Of a stretch of 64,000 nucleotides of DNA, positions 37,301 to 49,578 are shown piece after piece. The DNA comes from Botryllus schlosseri (taxonomy: Eukaryota): the NCBI GenBank assembly GCA_051294905.1, contig CM119372.1, positions 23,128,001 through 23,192,000 on the forward strand. The letters are read 5' to 3'. Made by a program: the position numbers and the translations under genes. A model generated the notes under the pieces. The model saw only the letters and a list, made by a program, of their open reading frames with translations, was not told the DNA's origin and searched no databases. Numbering within the stretch: position 1 is the first letter of the stretch; every line of letters begins with the position of its first letter.

Positions 37301-37344
37301 GCTGACGATTACCCCTGACGAGTGTCAGCCGAAAACATTCGGGT
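37301..37344 (+). ncRNA. Minimal type I hammerhead ribozyme in the Penelope pLTR
   Basis: ACCC-CUGACGA-G-UGUCAGC-C-GAAA-ACA-UUC-GGGU; upstream GCUGAC is complementary to loop GUCAGC. Confidence 0.75.
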
Positions 37345-40300
37345 TCATTTCAATATGAATATACTATTTAATTGTATATTGAAGTTCTGTACCTCCAAGA
37401 AGCTCTTCAAATAAATCATGCGTATTTTTGTTTGGGGACGGGTACCCCAAAATCAAGATATATGATAGTCTGAAATCGCGCACAGCGCGAAAAATTTTTG
37501 AAAAAGTTGGATGAATTTCTAAAAAATTACTCTATAATTTATGTTAATTCACGAAATATTTTTAGGCCCCCTTCAAGTTCGGACCCCGATTGGGGGTTTG
37601 GGGTACAGCAGTTATGGTCCTGACTCCAATATAGCCGTTTTAACGCGCCACCGCCCCCCTATCGCCCCTTCGTTGTTTTCGCCCCCCATCGCCCCCTTCG
37701 GTATTTTCGCCCCGCTAGACCGCTAAATCGCCCCCTGGGGGGGGGGGTATCGCCCACGTTGGGAACCACTGGCCTAGGCCAAGGTGGGTGTCTGATCATA
37801 AAGACTACTCCAAGTTGTTTCGACACCTTCCTCTCTTTTCATTGTATAGCAGTTTTGTGGTGTTTTGAAACGATGAAAATATTAATAAAACTGATTGATT
37901 GATTGATTGATTTCGACGAGGACTTGCAAGGGAATATAAGCTTACGCCTCAACGGTCAAGGCCAGACCGTAAAATGTATTCGGCGTCTGACTATTGATAC
38001 ATAGATATTGAGCAGAGTGTAAAAGGGTTTCTATACTTGCCACCGTTATTATCCCATAAACAAGTTATACAGTAATCAACACTACAAACGTCAAATTGTA
38101 ATTTATGAAAAAGGTTCACAGTGCAGAACCTACCAAGGCTCGTTTGTGAACGTGAACCTCTAAATTCCTGAGGTTCACACACAGAACGCGAACGTGAACC
38201 TCTCGTTCACACCATCCCTAGTTCGCAGATCTTTACAGCAATACACGATCATGCGCAGGATTGAATTACAATTCGCAGGCACACACAAAAACACAACGTT
38301 GAATTTCGCCGTATAATTAAAAAGCTATCACCAAAGTACGGGCATTTGCTCGTCTAATTCAGAGATTTAGTTAATTTCATTTTTTGTTTATTAGTTATCA
38401 ACTGTGAAAATTGCTGCTGTCCTGGGTGGCTCGGCTCTGAAGACTTTTCATATCGAGCTTCCCGTCTACCTTGCATGTCGCATTTCACTATAACATTTTT
38501 GTAGTGTAATGGTGATATGTAATGTATACGAATAAAGATTCTCTCTCTCTCTCTCTCTCTCGCAACGAAAGATACTTTCCTCCATTATCGGATAGAAAGT
38601 GTCTGTTCTTACTGAGTAGCTTGCCAAGAATAGAAAGAACTTCAACAGCAGCATGGCTGGCAACACTGAAGTTGAGCGTACACTGCTGGTTACACACCGT
38701 GTTGCTTCATTCTTGTGCATCCAGCACAATTTTTCAAAATGCGCTTCTTGATATTAGAACCAATGCCCCCGCAGTCTTACTTCAGTTAGGATATTACGAT
38801 ACGTTGAGCTTGAGCATAACACCATGTCAACTTATTTGTTTCATTTGATTCACAATGAGCATACAACGGGCCGTCTACAAAGACAGGCCTATAAAGTAGG
38901 CTACAAGCTGTAAAATTTCAAATGATAAGTTCACCGACAGTGCAAACATCTACGTTACAAACGAAATGCAGGTTTCAAATATTTATTGACTTTGTAAACA
39001 ATTTCTGACCTAACGTTACAAAGTATAAAAAACCAGTTCGGCATCAAAAAGGGTGGGAGTAGAAGTAGTAGGCCTATACATATACATGACTATACTATAC
39101 CTGAGTAGATAAGCACAATTGCAAGCAGGGCTTTGGAGCCGGAGCCGGAGCAAGGAGCCGGAGCAAGGAGCCGTGTATTTCTAACGGAGCTTAAGCTGGA
39201 GCAGAAGCTCTGAATAAAATTCAGATGGAGCCGGAACCGGAACTGGAGCCGGTTGTCTGAAAAGTAGCTCCGGATCCGAGATGCTATGATAATACTTTTG
39301 GCTCAATTCACGAAATTTTACCGTAATCGTTCAAAAATTAAGAGTTGTTGCCTCGTTTGCGCTACCTTTTTTTAAAGTAAGCAAGTTCAAATAGTTTAAG
39401 TTCATATATAATGCGCTAAACCTGGGTATGCGAGACATGCCGTGTATTACTATATTCTGGGACTTGTTCATTCGTCATACCCGCAATTTCGTCACCAGAA
39501 CAATACTGATGGCCAATAGAGGGGTTCGAAAAATATTGATCACTATTGGGGCTGGGAAAAATCGAGTACCTGAGTGATTCGATTCTGAATCACGTATTAC
39601 GCTTCGAGTCGAGTATTCGAGTATCACTCATTATGGCGTCATGACAGAATTTATTATGTCAAAGTTCAAATATGTACTTTTTAGATCACCACAAAGAAAA
39701 TAATGCCTCTTATACGTTGCATTAAATGTACTTTTATATTTTTCGACTATACCGATTTCATTGCACTTCTTGATAATGTTGTGGGATGATCATGACTTCG
39801 GGAATGTGTCGTTGTACTGCAACAAATTTTAATTATTTATTCCATGATGCGTGATGTAACTACTGAAATTCTTCATAGCTCCAGATTTCGTCAAAATAAA
39901 GTTTTTTTGTGTAATCATTTGTCAGATTCAAGTCAAAAAAGTTTTTTCAGGCCAAACTACTTCGTAAGGACAGACAGCTCCAACCATGAAATGAAGATAA
40001 GCAGTACAATTCTAACATTATTTAACACCTATTTAACATACATGAGGGCAAATTTTGTCAAAATTAAGTTTCTCAAGGTCATAAATGTCAAAAGTTTGAT
40101 TTTTAGGTCAAAATCTTCCGTTTGTTAGGTAAAAATATCGCCCCTGTTATGACCTATGAGCTGTTTTGGTTTACTGTCGCACTGCAACCTTGAGCACTTA
40201 CGCAATGGATTATGAAATTGCAATGCAAATTTATCAACCATCTGGCTTGACAGGCAAAGGAGTAGAGCAGAATTTATGATTCATTTGACGAATTACATAG

Positions 40301-41188
40301 ACCTCTGAGTACAATATGTCAAACATAAATGAGCACAGTGTTTGTACAAACTGTTTGGCTGAATTCATTGTGTAGCGTCTTCGCCAAGGTATGTTCTATT
40401 ATTCATCATTGGTTAGACGTAAAATAGACGTAAAATACATATTTGTTGAAATAGTCATGTCAGCTGGTACATCACCCAATAAGCATATGTTCTCATTTGT
40501 TAGTGGCTTTTAAGAATAGGTGAATTTGAATCATTTACACCGAATGGTATAGTGCTGGAACTTAATTATTGTACCAAAATCACCCCAAACCTGATTTAAA
40601 TCCGCGGCTATGCAAAAATCCTGAAAATACACGCTCTCTATTTACAGTGCAATCCAAAACTTCTTGAAAGTAGAAGAAAAATGATAATTTGAAATGCATT
40701 GCAGGAAAACTAGAGATACTTCGCAGTTTCTGATAATCGGTAAGTCAATCATTCATTTTAATTTTAACAACTCAAAAGAACCACAAGATTGCGATATAAT
40801 GAACATGGTACGAATTGTCTCTCCCTAAGAATTGGCTTGGCAAGAACGATTAACAGTCACAGTTGTTTACTGACAACAATGGGGTTAAGCGTATATTGCT
40901 GGCGACACACTCTGTTGCTTCATACTATCGCAGTTGTTCATGTTGCGGTTTTTGATATAGGACGCGAACTTGTTTCAGATTCAGATTTGAGATATCGGCG
41001 GGAAGCTTCTTTAATCGTATAATCGAAGCTATCCATCTTTTTGAGAGGCTTGTTGGTATTCGCACTTTCGCTCGGTTTAGCAACACATCCTCGCCATAAA
41101 ATTTATTAGGATCTTCCTTTCGAGATGTGTTGATCATCGCACCATATCAACTCAACGGGATATGACTCACAGTAAGTTAGTTGGCCAT

Positions 41189-41629
41189 GGGTGTCCGGAC
41201 AATACCGAGAAAACCATTACCGAGAATGCCATTACCGAGAATGGACACCACCGAGAATGGACATTACCGAGAATGGACACTACAGAGAATGGACATTTCC
41301 GAGAATGGACACCACCGAGAATGGACATTACCGAGAATGCAATATATGCAATGCAGGCATTTTATGCATATGCACAGGTCGCGTGAGTGCATCACGGCGT
41401 TGCCACATTCGGTATCGATGCTCAGGTATTAATTTCTCGACAACGTCATTCCCAGTCAGCTATATTCTTGACATTGGCCATTCTCGGTAATGTCCATTCT
41501 CGGTGGTGTCCATTCTCGGTAATGACCATTCTCGGTAATGTCCGTTCTCGGTAATGTCCATTCTCGGTAATGGCATTCTCGGTAATGTCCATTCTCGGTA
41601 CTGGTTTTCTCGGTATTGGTATAGAACCC
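41189..41629. mobile_element. Non-autonomous Phantom/MULE-like foldback element with (ATTACCGAGAATGGAC)n arms
   Basis: GGG...CCC termini and inverted ~16-bp tandem arrays at 41200-41340 and 41478-41620. No TSD recognisable. Confidence 0.78.
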
Positions 41630-43775
41630 AGATTACTCGCTAGCCGGACCAAAATGTTACCTCAAAATTCATACTCTAATTTTCCATTGATTACTTTATA
41701 ATTAAACCTATATTATAATATAATATTGCATTATATTACTGACCATAGAGGCTCAATTTTAGCAACACTTTTATTCGCAAACAGCCGAATTGCCATAAGA
41801 AATACGGTGATTGGACATTTGAATACCGTTATATATCATTAAATCGCGATTCGGGTTTCTCTGGAGGCCGGGGACGGGGACCTTTTGAGTCAGAAGTGAT
41901 GTAGCCAGGGCTGCATTTAAAACAAAGGCCTTTAATTTTTTTAAGTTGTATAATTATGCCATAATTGTGTAAATACTTTCCAAAAAAAACATGTTGTTCC
42001 AGCCTATACGGACGATTACCACCCGATATAGCCGACGTGTACGATATGGAATGGGTGGAACCCTCAAACGAGTCGGTTCAACAGCTCGTCATGGCTAAAG
42101 GGTGTAAAATGAAAAAAAATGATAATTTCGCAGACAGTGCAACATCTCCGATATGAAGACAATTCGGCTTACAAAATATTTTGACTTCGTAAACAATTTT
42201 GACAATTTTTTGACCTAACGGGACCTTGGAAATTCCTCGTTGGTTGCAAGTCAATGCATGGTATGTAAGAAAGCGTCGTCGTTTCTACTCTTGTACACCT
42301 GTACGTACAGCCACTCTTAAGAGAGGGCGAGGGCGATATGCCCTTGTCTAATAGTCCAGCATATTGCACACCCTTATAGAGTAAGCTATCCCCAGTCCCC
42401 ACGGTCTGCGACGGATCTTAGTGATACCAGGAATATACCTTTCTTTCACAATTGTGAATACAGTTGGATGCATTTCCGAGAAATAGAGAGAGAGAGAGAG
42501 AGAGAGATCAGATTCATTCTCGTCTACACCATCGAGTTGCGATACAACTTGTAGGTAAGGTTGTCTAGTCCGCACCACCATGTTGTTTCTCCTCCATACA
42601 TCCCTGAATGCTATAAGCGCCGAGTGGGATGGATACGGATACCAATTTTAGAGACTTCGGTCTGGCGACCTGGCCGGGGTGATGACCTTTTTTTAATCGT
42701 TACGCATTGCTGTCCAGGGGTCTGCGCAGTGAGTTGATGAGTGTGCGCAGACTCGTCAAAAATTAGAGGAAACATTGTTCGTAACCACTTTTCTGCCCGT
42801 CTAGCTCATTGCATGACTTTAAGTAGTGTACACAGTGACCTTGGATACTCACAAACAGTCCACAAGAGATCGCGCGAATAATGCTTTTTGTTGCAAGTAA
42901 TTTAGCAAAACATTTTGAAAAAATCGCTCTGGTGCGGCCGCGACCCTAATTTATACCATTCGCGATCCATATTTGAAGAATGCCTTCCATATAAATTATG
43001 TCACCGATATTCCAAGGGTGTAATGTAAATCACTGCATAATATGACAGCTGCCCGATGGCTAGTTTGTTCGCAAGAGCAGATCTCAGTTCTATTGAAATG
43101 ATAAATATATTTGATTTTATGAAATTAAATATAAAGAAAATAGCAAAGACAAGCGGCATGTGGCGAATAGGTCCAGTTGTTGAATAACAACCTTTAAATG
43201 GATACATATCCCCATATTTTCAGATATGTTGCAAGTAGAGCGTGAGATTATTGCCATAATAGTTTAGTCTACACTCTATTAGGTAAACACGCAACACGCT
43301 ATGGTTCCACAGCATGCTGGGGAAACATCAATAAGAAGCAATTCATCTTACATAAAAGTTTGTAACTGCGCTTCATACTCGCTTCATACTGCATTATGAC
43401 TTACATCACAATCGCTCCATAATTGCGACATATATATTCTTCACAGCAAGCGATCTTTGTCAAAATCTTTAATCCAGTACGTTTCTCCCAGCTTTTTCTT
43501 CTAATTTTCATTTTAATGTTACATAAAAAAGTACGACAACAATGGTCACCATAATTATCGCGCCACCTAACCTTGGTTCGGTAATCATCAGCTGGGAAGC
43601 TTGAAATGGCGCCATTGGACATCTTGAGTCGAAATAACATGGTTGACGCTCAGTGACGACATTGTCATGAGGAGTGAGAACGCGGACATTTTCGATCTGG
43701 CATTAGTACGCATTGCGATGTAGTGACGGGTGTGATAGTTTATAGTCACGGGTCAATATTGTTTTGACCTTGGAT

Positions 43776-44825
43776 TCAACTTTTCTCCGTAGTCACAGAT
43801 TTGTCTCTTACTGAATATTTTGTCGACCTGCATGATGATGGCAAATAATACTGCTTGTAGTTGTCTGTCAATAGAGCGTGGATAAGAGGAGCCATAATGG
43901 TATGGAAGATTTGAAATGGAATGAAAGTAGCGGTAACAAACTTCAGTGAGGAATATGTTGCGGCAGAAATAGTAGTATCTAGGGCATCACTAGCGAGAAA
44001 ATACACGAACGAGAGCATAACCATTATATCGAGTAGAACGTATATGAAAAACGAAATGAAAATGTAAGTGACGCGTCTCATGGAATCGTTGATACGTTGC
44101 CTAAAATTTTCGCTGCGCTCCTTCTGTTTCTTTCGTCCCCGAAGCTTGTAAAGTATGAGCGGATATAAAATTATTATTGACATAGTGGCGGGAAAGTTGG
44201 AAAGACAATCCAGCAAGATCGCATAGCCCAACACTAGGTCGACATTTCTCTCGACAAAATATTCCTGAGACACTTCCCCGTTTTCAATGACATGTCGGGG
44301 ATTTAGTATCACAAGCAGCGGTACAGACAGTGCTATCGCAACGAGCCAAATGAGCACGATAATTGTAAGAGTTTTTTTTCTCGTCACTGCTGCTTTAAAC
44401 TGCAGCGGGGATATTACAGCGAAATACCGGAATACGGCCAACACCGCCAAAGTCCAATTGCTCAGCAGGCCCTGGCATTCGGTGATGACACCAAAAGATC
44501 TAATAAGCATACGAGACGACCCGCGATCCATTCCCGCACCGATAAAGTAGGCTTTCACCACAATCCTGGTAATGACGCTCAGTAGATTTGCCAGTCCCAA
44601 GTTGAGAAGAAGCATGTTTGATGAACATCGCAGCAACTCTTTTCTATTTATCAGGATTACTGTAACTAGCAATAAGTTGCTCAGAAATCCGAGTAGTGTG
44701 AATGCCCAGTATAGTGTGTCTTCAATTGCAATGACTGACGTATCCGACCTCAAGATATACAAAGTGATGTTGAGGAATTTGACGAGCCGTGTATACTCGA
44801 CACTGGCGTTAGCCGGAAAATTCAT
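43776..44825 (-). CDS. Class A (rhodopsin-like) orphan GPCR, 349 aa, single coding exon
   Basis: Seven hydrophobic segments; N-terminal NAS/NIT sequons; GFLSNLL, LLNLGLANLL, LAVFRYFAVISPL, IWLVAIALSVP, APLIH. Confidence 0.9.
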   Translation of the reverse strand: MNFPANASVEYTRLVKFLNITLYILRSDTSVIAIEDTLYWAFTLLGFLSNLLLVTVILINRKELLRCSSNMLLLNLGLANLLSVITRIVVKAYFIGAGMDRGSSRMLIRSFGVITECQGLLSNWTLAVLAVFRYFAVISPLQFKAAVTRKKTLTIIVLIWLVAIALSVPLLVILNPRHVIENGEVSQEYFVERNVDLVLGYAILLDCLSNFPATMSIIILYPLILYKLRGRKKQKERSENFRQRINDSMRRVTYIFISFFIYVLLDIMVMLSFVYFLASDALDTTISAATYSSLKFVTATFIPFQIFHTIMAPLIHALLTDNYKQYYLPSSCRSTKYSVRDKSVTTEKS

Positions 44826-46664
44826 TGAAGACCATATGCTTTTCTAAAACTGTAAAACTGTAAAAAGAACAAATGTGGTCATTAACTCTACCCCATATCA
44901 TATAGGCCTAATAGCTAAACAACATCCTTCAGTGTCCGATTCAATTGCTGGACAGTGGACATGATTCGCAATGCTTCCTGTACCATACAGTACAACACAA
45001 TCATATACGGTTTCTATTTCGCCATTTATCAGGCACCATATCTCATATTCGCTAGCACATCGCAAAGCCACACAGCCGCAATAACAGGCTCGTTTGCTAT
45101 CAAAATATCGGTGATTTCAGAGGCATCTATTATTTAGGCCTGGCGGTATGGTATTTTTCAAAGCTATCTATGCTTTGGCATGCTTCCACGCCTCATCATA
45201 AAAAGCACCACCCTCACCCTAATTATGTTGTCATAGGCCACGATGTAACGCCGTGTCCGCAGCGAATTTTTTGGGGCATCACCGATGTATTGCCTGATAC
45301 TCTCGACGGCTTAACTCCTTCATAAATAGAAACTATATGCGTCAAACAATTGAGGACGTGACAGTAACGTTAGACATGTATTGTTCCTTTAATCATACCA
45401 GATATTGGATTATGTCGTTCTTTTCCTATCCCAATCGTTTCAAAGTAAAGTAAATGTTGTTATGCAAGCCATGACGTCACGAATATTCAGTTGTGACATC
45501 ATAGTGAATTGACATTGACAATTGAAAATATAGGGTAAAAATAGCTCCTTTGACGAAATATATGTACTATTGCTGCTGAACAGACTATTTGGAGGGTTCC
45601 AACCGTCCCATATCGATATACGTCGGCTATATCGGGTGGTAATTGTCCTTAGGCTCATACAACATGTTTTGTGTAAAGTATTTACACAATTGTGGCATAA
45701 TTTTACAACTAAAAAAACACAATTTTTGTTTTTTTATAAGGCCTTTTTAAAACACTGTTTAAAACATGTTTTACGTGTTTTAAAACACCGCTTGTTTTAA
45801 ATGCAACCCTACATAGCGAACTCGATCAATCGCACATTCACAAGTATCTCATGTTACTATTGGGTTAACATATTTTCCTATCCAATGACATAGTTCTCCA
45901 ATGTAAGATTATTTGTCTTCGTTGTGCCGAGCAGCATGTCAATGCATTAAATTACGCTTTATCAAGAAAAGCATTGAGGTCACATTGAAAGAGATGGAGA
46001 TGACTAATGTGCTTCATGAACTTGGTGAGTCACCAACCGGTATCCCTGGGGCTCGCAAATATTTCGAGCATATCAAAGTCAAGTATCATCGCTTTCGTGA
46101 AATAAGGTCGTTCTAATTTAACAATTTCATATATTAGCGTGCGCGGCCACGGCCCATCCCAATCGCAGTCATCAACACATTGTTCAATGTCAAGAAGCAG
46201 AGAGGTGCAATTGATATCTCTGAAAAAGAGTTCCTTGCTATTGGTGCAAGCCATGCGGCAAGTATGACTATTTTTGGAATAAGTAAAATATTTTAAATTA
46301 ATCCAAATCGAACAAGCGTATGTTACATTACCGGGTAAAACCACATCGACTTTAACATATAATGAATTACACTTGAAGCTAGTCTCAGGTACGATCTACT
46401 TTGCACTTTGACCATTACGTAGGCCATTCTAAATCATGTTTTGGTGTACTGAAATGCACTCTGGGCGTAGTTACGGTGCCTGCGGTAGTCACATATAAGA
46501 TTTTAAAGAAAATATGGTGGTCTCTAATACCAAAACAAGAGACCAACGTTTTAGTGAACTCACGATATCGTTTATACGAAAATCTGTAATAAATATCAAC
46601 CAAATGATGACATGAGATTCGTTGAACACCCGATCAAGATGACCTCAGCTCCCTATATATAAAT

Positions 46665-47293
46665 TAGGGTTGGATTATCCGGATAACGGTTAACCGGTTA
46701 ACCGCAGGGATTTTTACTATATGATATCCGGATATAATTCTGCCGGTTAACCAGATAAAAAAGAATCGTTGCTGATGCCTTTTACACTTTTTAGTAAGCT
46801 TCAATAAGTCGTAATCAGTGTTGAGCGGCCGATTAGCGAGATACGTGTTGCCAGTTAGCGAGATGCGTCTGTGCACATTGCACAATGTGACGCGATCTCC
46901 TACTAAGAAGATCGTTAAATTAGGTCATTGATTACCGCACGCTCGGCTATCGTCTCTGGCCTGATTTATCGCGTCTTCAACAAGCCTATAGTTGCGCTGG
47001 AGTGAAGAATCGCATCTGCAATAGGCCCTGTGCACACTATTCCATCGCTGGCCTGCACAATCGCATCTGCATTGGATTGGTGCTCACGATATTATCGCTG
47101 ACCTACACAATCGCATCTGCAGTAGGCCTACGAAAGATATCATCGCTGGCCCAACCATCGCGTCTCGGACCTAGCATGTGTTGGCTCCTATCTGTCGATG
47201 GCTTGGTGACGATATGCCGTTAAGTGTATTCTGATTAGTAATTCTGAGAGTGACACCGGATAGTGAAAATTATTGATATCCGAACTAACCCTA
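46665..47293. mobile_element. hAT-type MITE
   Basis: TAGGGTTGGATT...CTAACCCTA; perfect TSD ATATAAAT. Confidence 0.88.
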
Positions 47294-48229
47294 ATATAAA
47301 TACGTCTACGTAAATACGTGACAACTTTGTAATTTGAGAATGATGACTCATCAATGGTATTTCGTTAGGTAGAGGAACATAGAATCTCTTCCATTGGAGT
47401 ACTGAAAAGCAAGTAGGCCTACCATAAGACCTCGTTCCGATTCATGAAATTTACATTGCATCGACCATTGATTTTTCCGGATATTAACAATCACTTTGGG
47501 AAATACATGTTCATGTATTTTACCTGCTTGTCAGCTGATCTAGTTTTCATGATCGCCGATTTCAGTGAGGAAAGTATTTTATTAGCAAATCATATTAACG
47601 CCGTCTTAACGAGGATTCTCAATGAAGTTGACTAATTGTCAGCTAATCACAGTCATGTTACTTGGTTTAATCAGTTTAATCACTACTTTACATACATCGG
47701 GAAGAGTCTTGCAGACAAACATGTGTTACCCCACACCTACTAGAAATGTGATAAGCGTAAACGCTGTCAGAAATGCTTAAAACGAAAGTGACCGTGCTAC
47801 AAGTCGACAGATCAGGAACGATAATACAGAATATTGTCCTCGTGTATAATACCATATTAGTCGAAACACCATGATTACCAAAACAACAACAACCTACAAG
47901 AAATATATAGGTAGGCCACAACGTAACTATATTTTCATTGAGTCAGTCAGAATAAAATCCTCACAACTGCTTGTTCACCAAAGGGACCCAGCAACAGGAC
48001 CTGATGGTGGCCCGGTAATAATTCTGAAGGAAATCATATTAATAACAGCTTTAGTGATCACCTTGTCAAATATCAAATGTTTGAAACTATCTCAAGCTAT
48101 ATAGGAATCATTCGAAAGTTACGTTTTATATTACTACGATCAGCCTCGACACGTTTCATATTACTACGATCAGCCTCGACTAACGATTTACCACCACCTC
48201 TTTCACTCTCATCTGCCGTTCACGGTATC

Positions 48230-48995
48230 ATCCTTTGAGGATCCACAAAAGCTAAACATTTGGATCAATATAAAGCCATCAAAGCGAATATGCCTTGTGG
48301 ATCGTAGAGATCACCTTAAACACCTATATTATAGTCTGAAAATCCTGAAAATTGAAGATATCTGCAGTTTTGAAAGTCGGCATTCTAATGCCCAAGTACT
48401 ATAGTAATGCCCTAACTGACATTTTCTTAGACTATTTCACCCCGCTTAGTGAGCACCATTCTCATTTCACAAGAGGTTGTCTTGCAAACATAATACCTCG
48501 GGCTTATCGCAAAACCATTGCGTGACAAAGTTGAGAAACCTACTCTACGAAAGTTACAAGTATTCCTAATATGAACTAGTACGAATAGGTGCATTATGTG
48601 TAAATATATTTCAGATTTTCCTTACATAGTTTGACTCGTCCTGTGCACTTACCTATATCTATATTCTATACTATATGACAAGTCTCTCTATTCACGGTTA
48701 CAGCATAATGTACACAATATAGACACAGCTGCATGTAACTCGACGATCACCACAACTCTTCACTGCAGCTTCAGGTCGCAATTACTATGCCTATTATGCG
48801 GCTTCGTATATACATCTACCATTGAACGTTTTATATTACGATTCATTTTTGACTTTCATTTGCCTACCGCGACCGGCCAATCTTTAATGCGTCATTTGTA
48901 TTGTTTGAATTGCGTCTCTGATGCTTATGTTATTATTTTTCTTTCTAGCGCTGATGAATAATTTCTCTCTCTCTCTCTCTCTCTCTCGCTCGCTC
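48230..48995 (+). mobile_element. Degenerate CR1/L2-like LINE 3' end with (CT)n tail
   Basis: Remnant YSLKILKIEDI-like coding; AATAA followed by (CT)n. Confidence 0.45.
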
Positions 48996-49578
48996 TAATA
49001 AGCAATGCCTTCATCCAATTTCTACCACAGGCCCCCGTTAATATGAAAGGCGTGATAAAAGCATCACTCTTCCTTCAGAAATGCCTGGAACCCGAAATTT
49101 GGTCATGGCGAAGTGACGACTGACGAGTTTTACCACCGTAAATACTATAGTTTTATTATATGGTAGAAACTTCATATTGGTTCGAATCGGTAAAATATGG
49201 TGTGCAACATTTTTATGCAACCCTACAATTCAGTTACTATGACTGCGAAATTTAGAAAGGTTGCTTATTTGTATAGCTCCAACCTCCCGGCGCCCATGCA
49301 CGGCGGACAAAGCTAAGCGGCAATTACTTGACTTTCGCGCTCTATCTCCATATAGCTATGCATAAACAAGTCATCTTGTGTCAATCGAATGTGCACAAAC
49401 ATGCATAATGTATATTCAAAATGTGTCATCATAATACTTACTTCGATATCGCAGGCATGTCAGAAACGCGCTGAGGTTAATTCCATGTTCTAGTACTGCA
49501 ATTTTGTGACCTTCGTTGATCTCAGTTACACGGGCGAAAATTTCCATTGTTTGGCTATAGTATAGCACGTGTGATGAG

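Larger units (their letters stand above)
35068..37410. mobile_element. Penelope-like retroelement as an inverted pair of 5'-truncated copies (minus arm 35068-36158, plus arm 36158-37410)
   Basis: RT motif YRRYVDDTF; GIY-YIG endonuclease NVVYEYRC..YVGRTSRRL..RINQH. 12-bp TSD ATAAATCATGCG at 35056-35067 and 37411-37422. Confidence 0.93.
34266..37622 (-). mobile_element. MITE family C (nest level 4)
   Basis: Ends CAGGACCGCAAC / GTTATGGTCCTG; TSD ACTCTCAT / ACTCCAAT; homologous to 49579-50820. Confidence 0.82.
34039..37771. mobile_element. hAT/Charlie-type MITE (nest level 3)
   Basis: TIR CAGTGGTTCCCAAC / GTTGGGAACCACTG; perfect TSD GCCTAGGC. Confidence 0.92.
33917..37910 (+). mobile_element. 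Short retroposon with (GATT)n tail, split by a MITE
   Basis: Interrupts family A at GCTTTGCCAACAT|TTTCGACGAGG, which is contiguous in the 6723-7703 copy. AATAAA followed by a GATT tail. Confidence 0.75.
33598..38220 (+). mobile_element. MITE family A expanded by four nested insertions
   Basis: Family A TIRs; TSD GTTCGCGG / GTTCGCAG. Confidence 0.9.

Noticed and set aside
39840..40150. Sequence repeated at ~54380-54700 as a possible conserved exon
   Set aside because: Frames differ between copies and no splice pattern is seen; most likely an unclassified dispersed repeat.
41162..41652. ORFs with ITENG/REWT repeats
   Set aside because: Translation of the MITE's ~16-bp arrays.
41965..42156. 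Possible transposase C-terminal remnant (LPPDIADVYDMEW)
   Set aside because: Too short and too weak to support.
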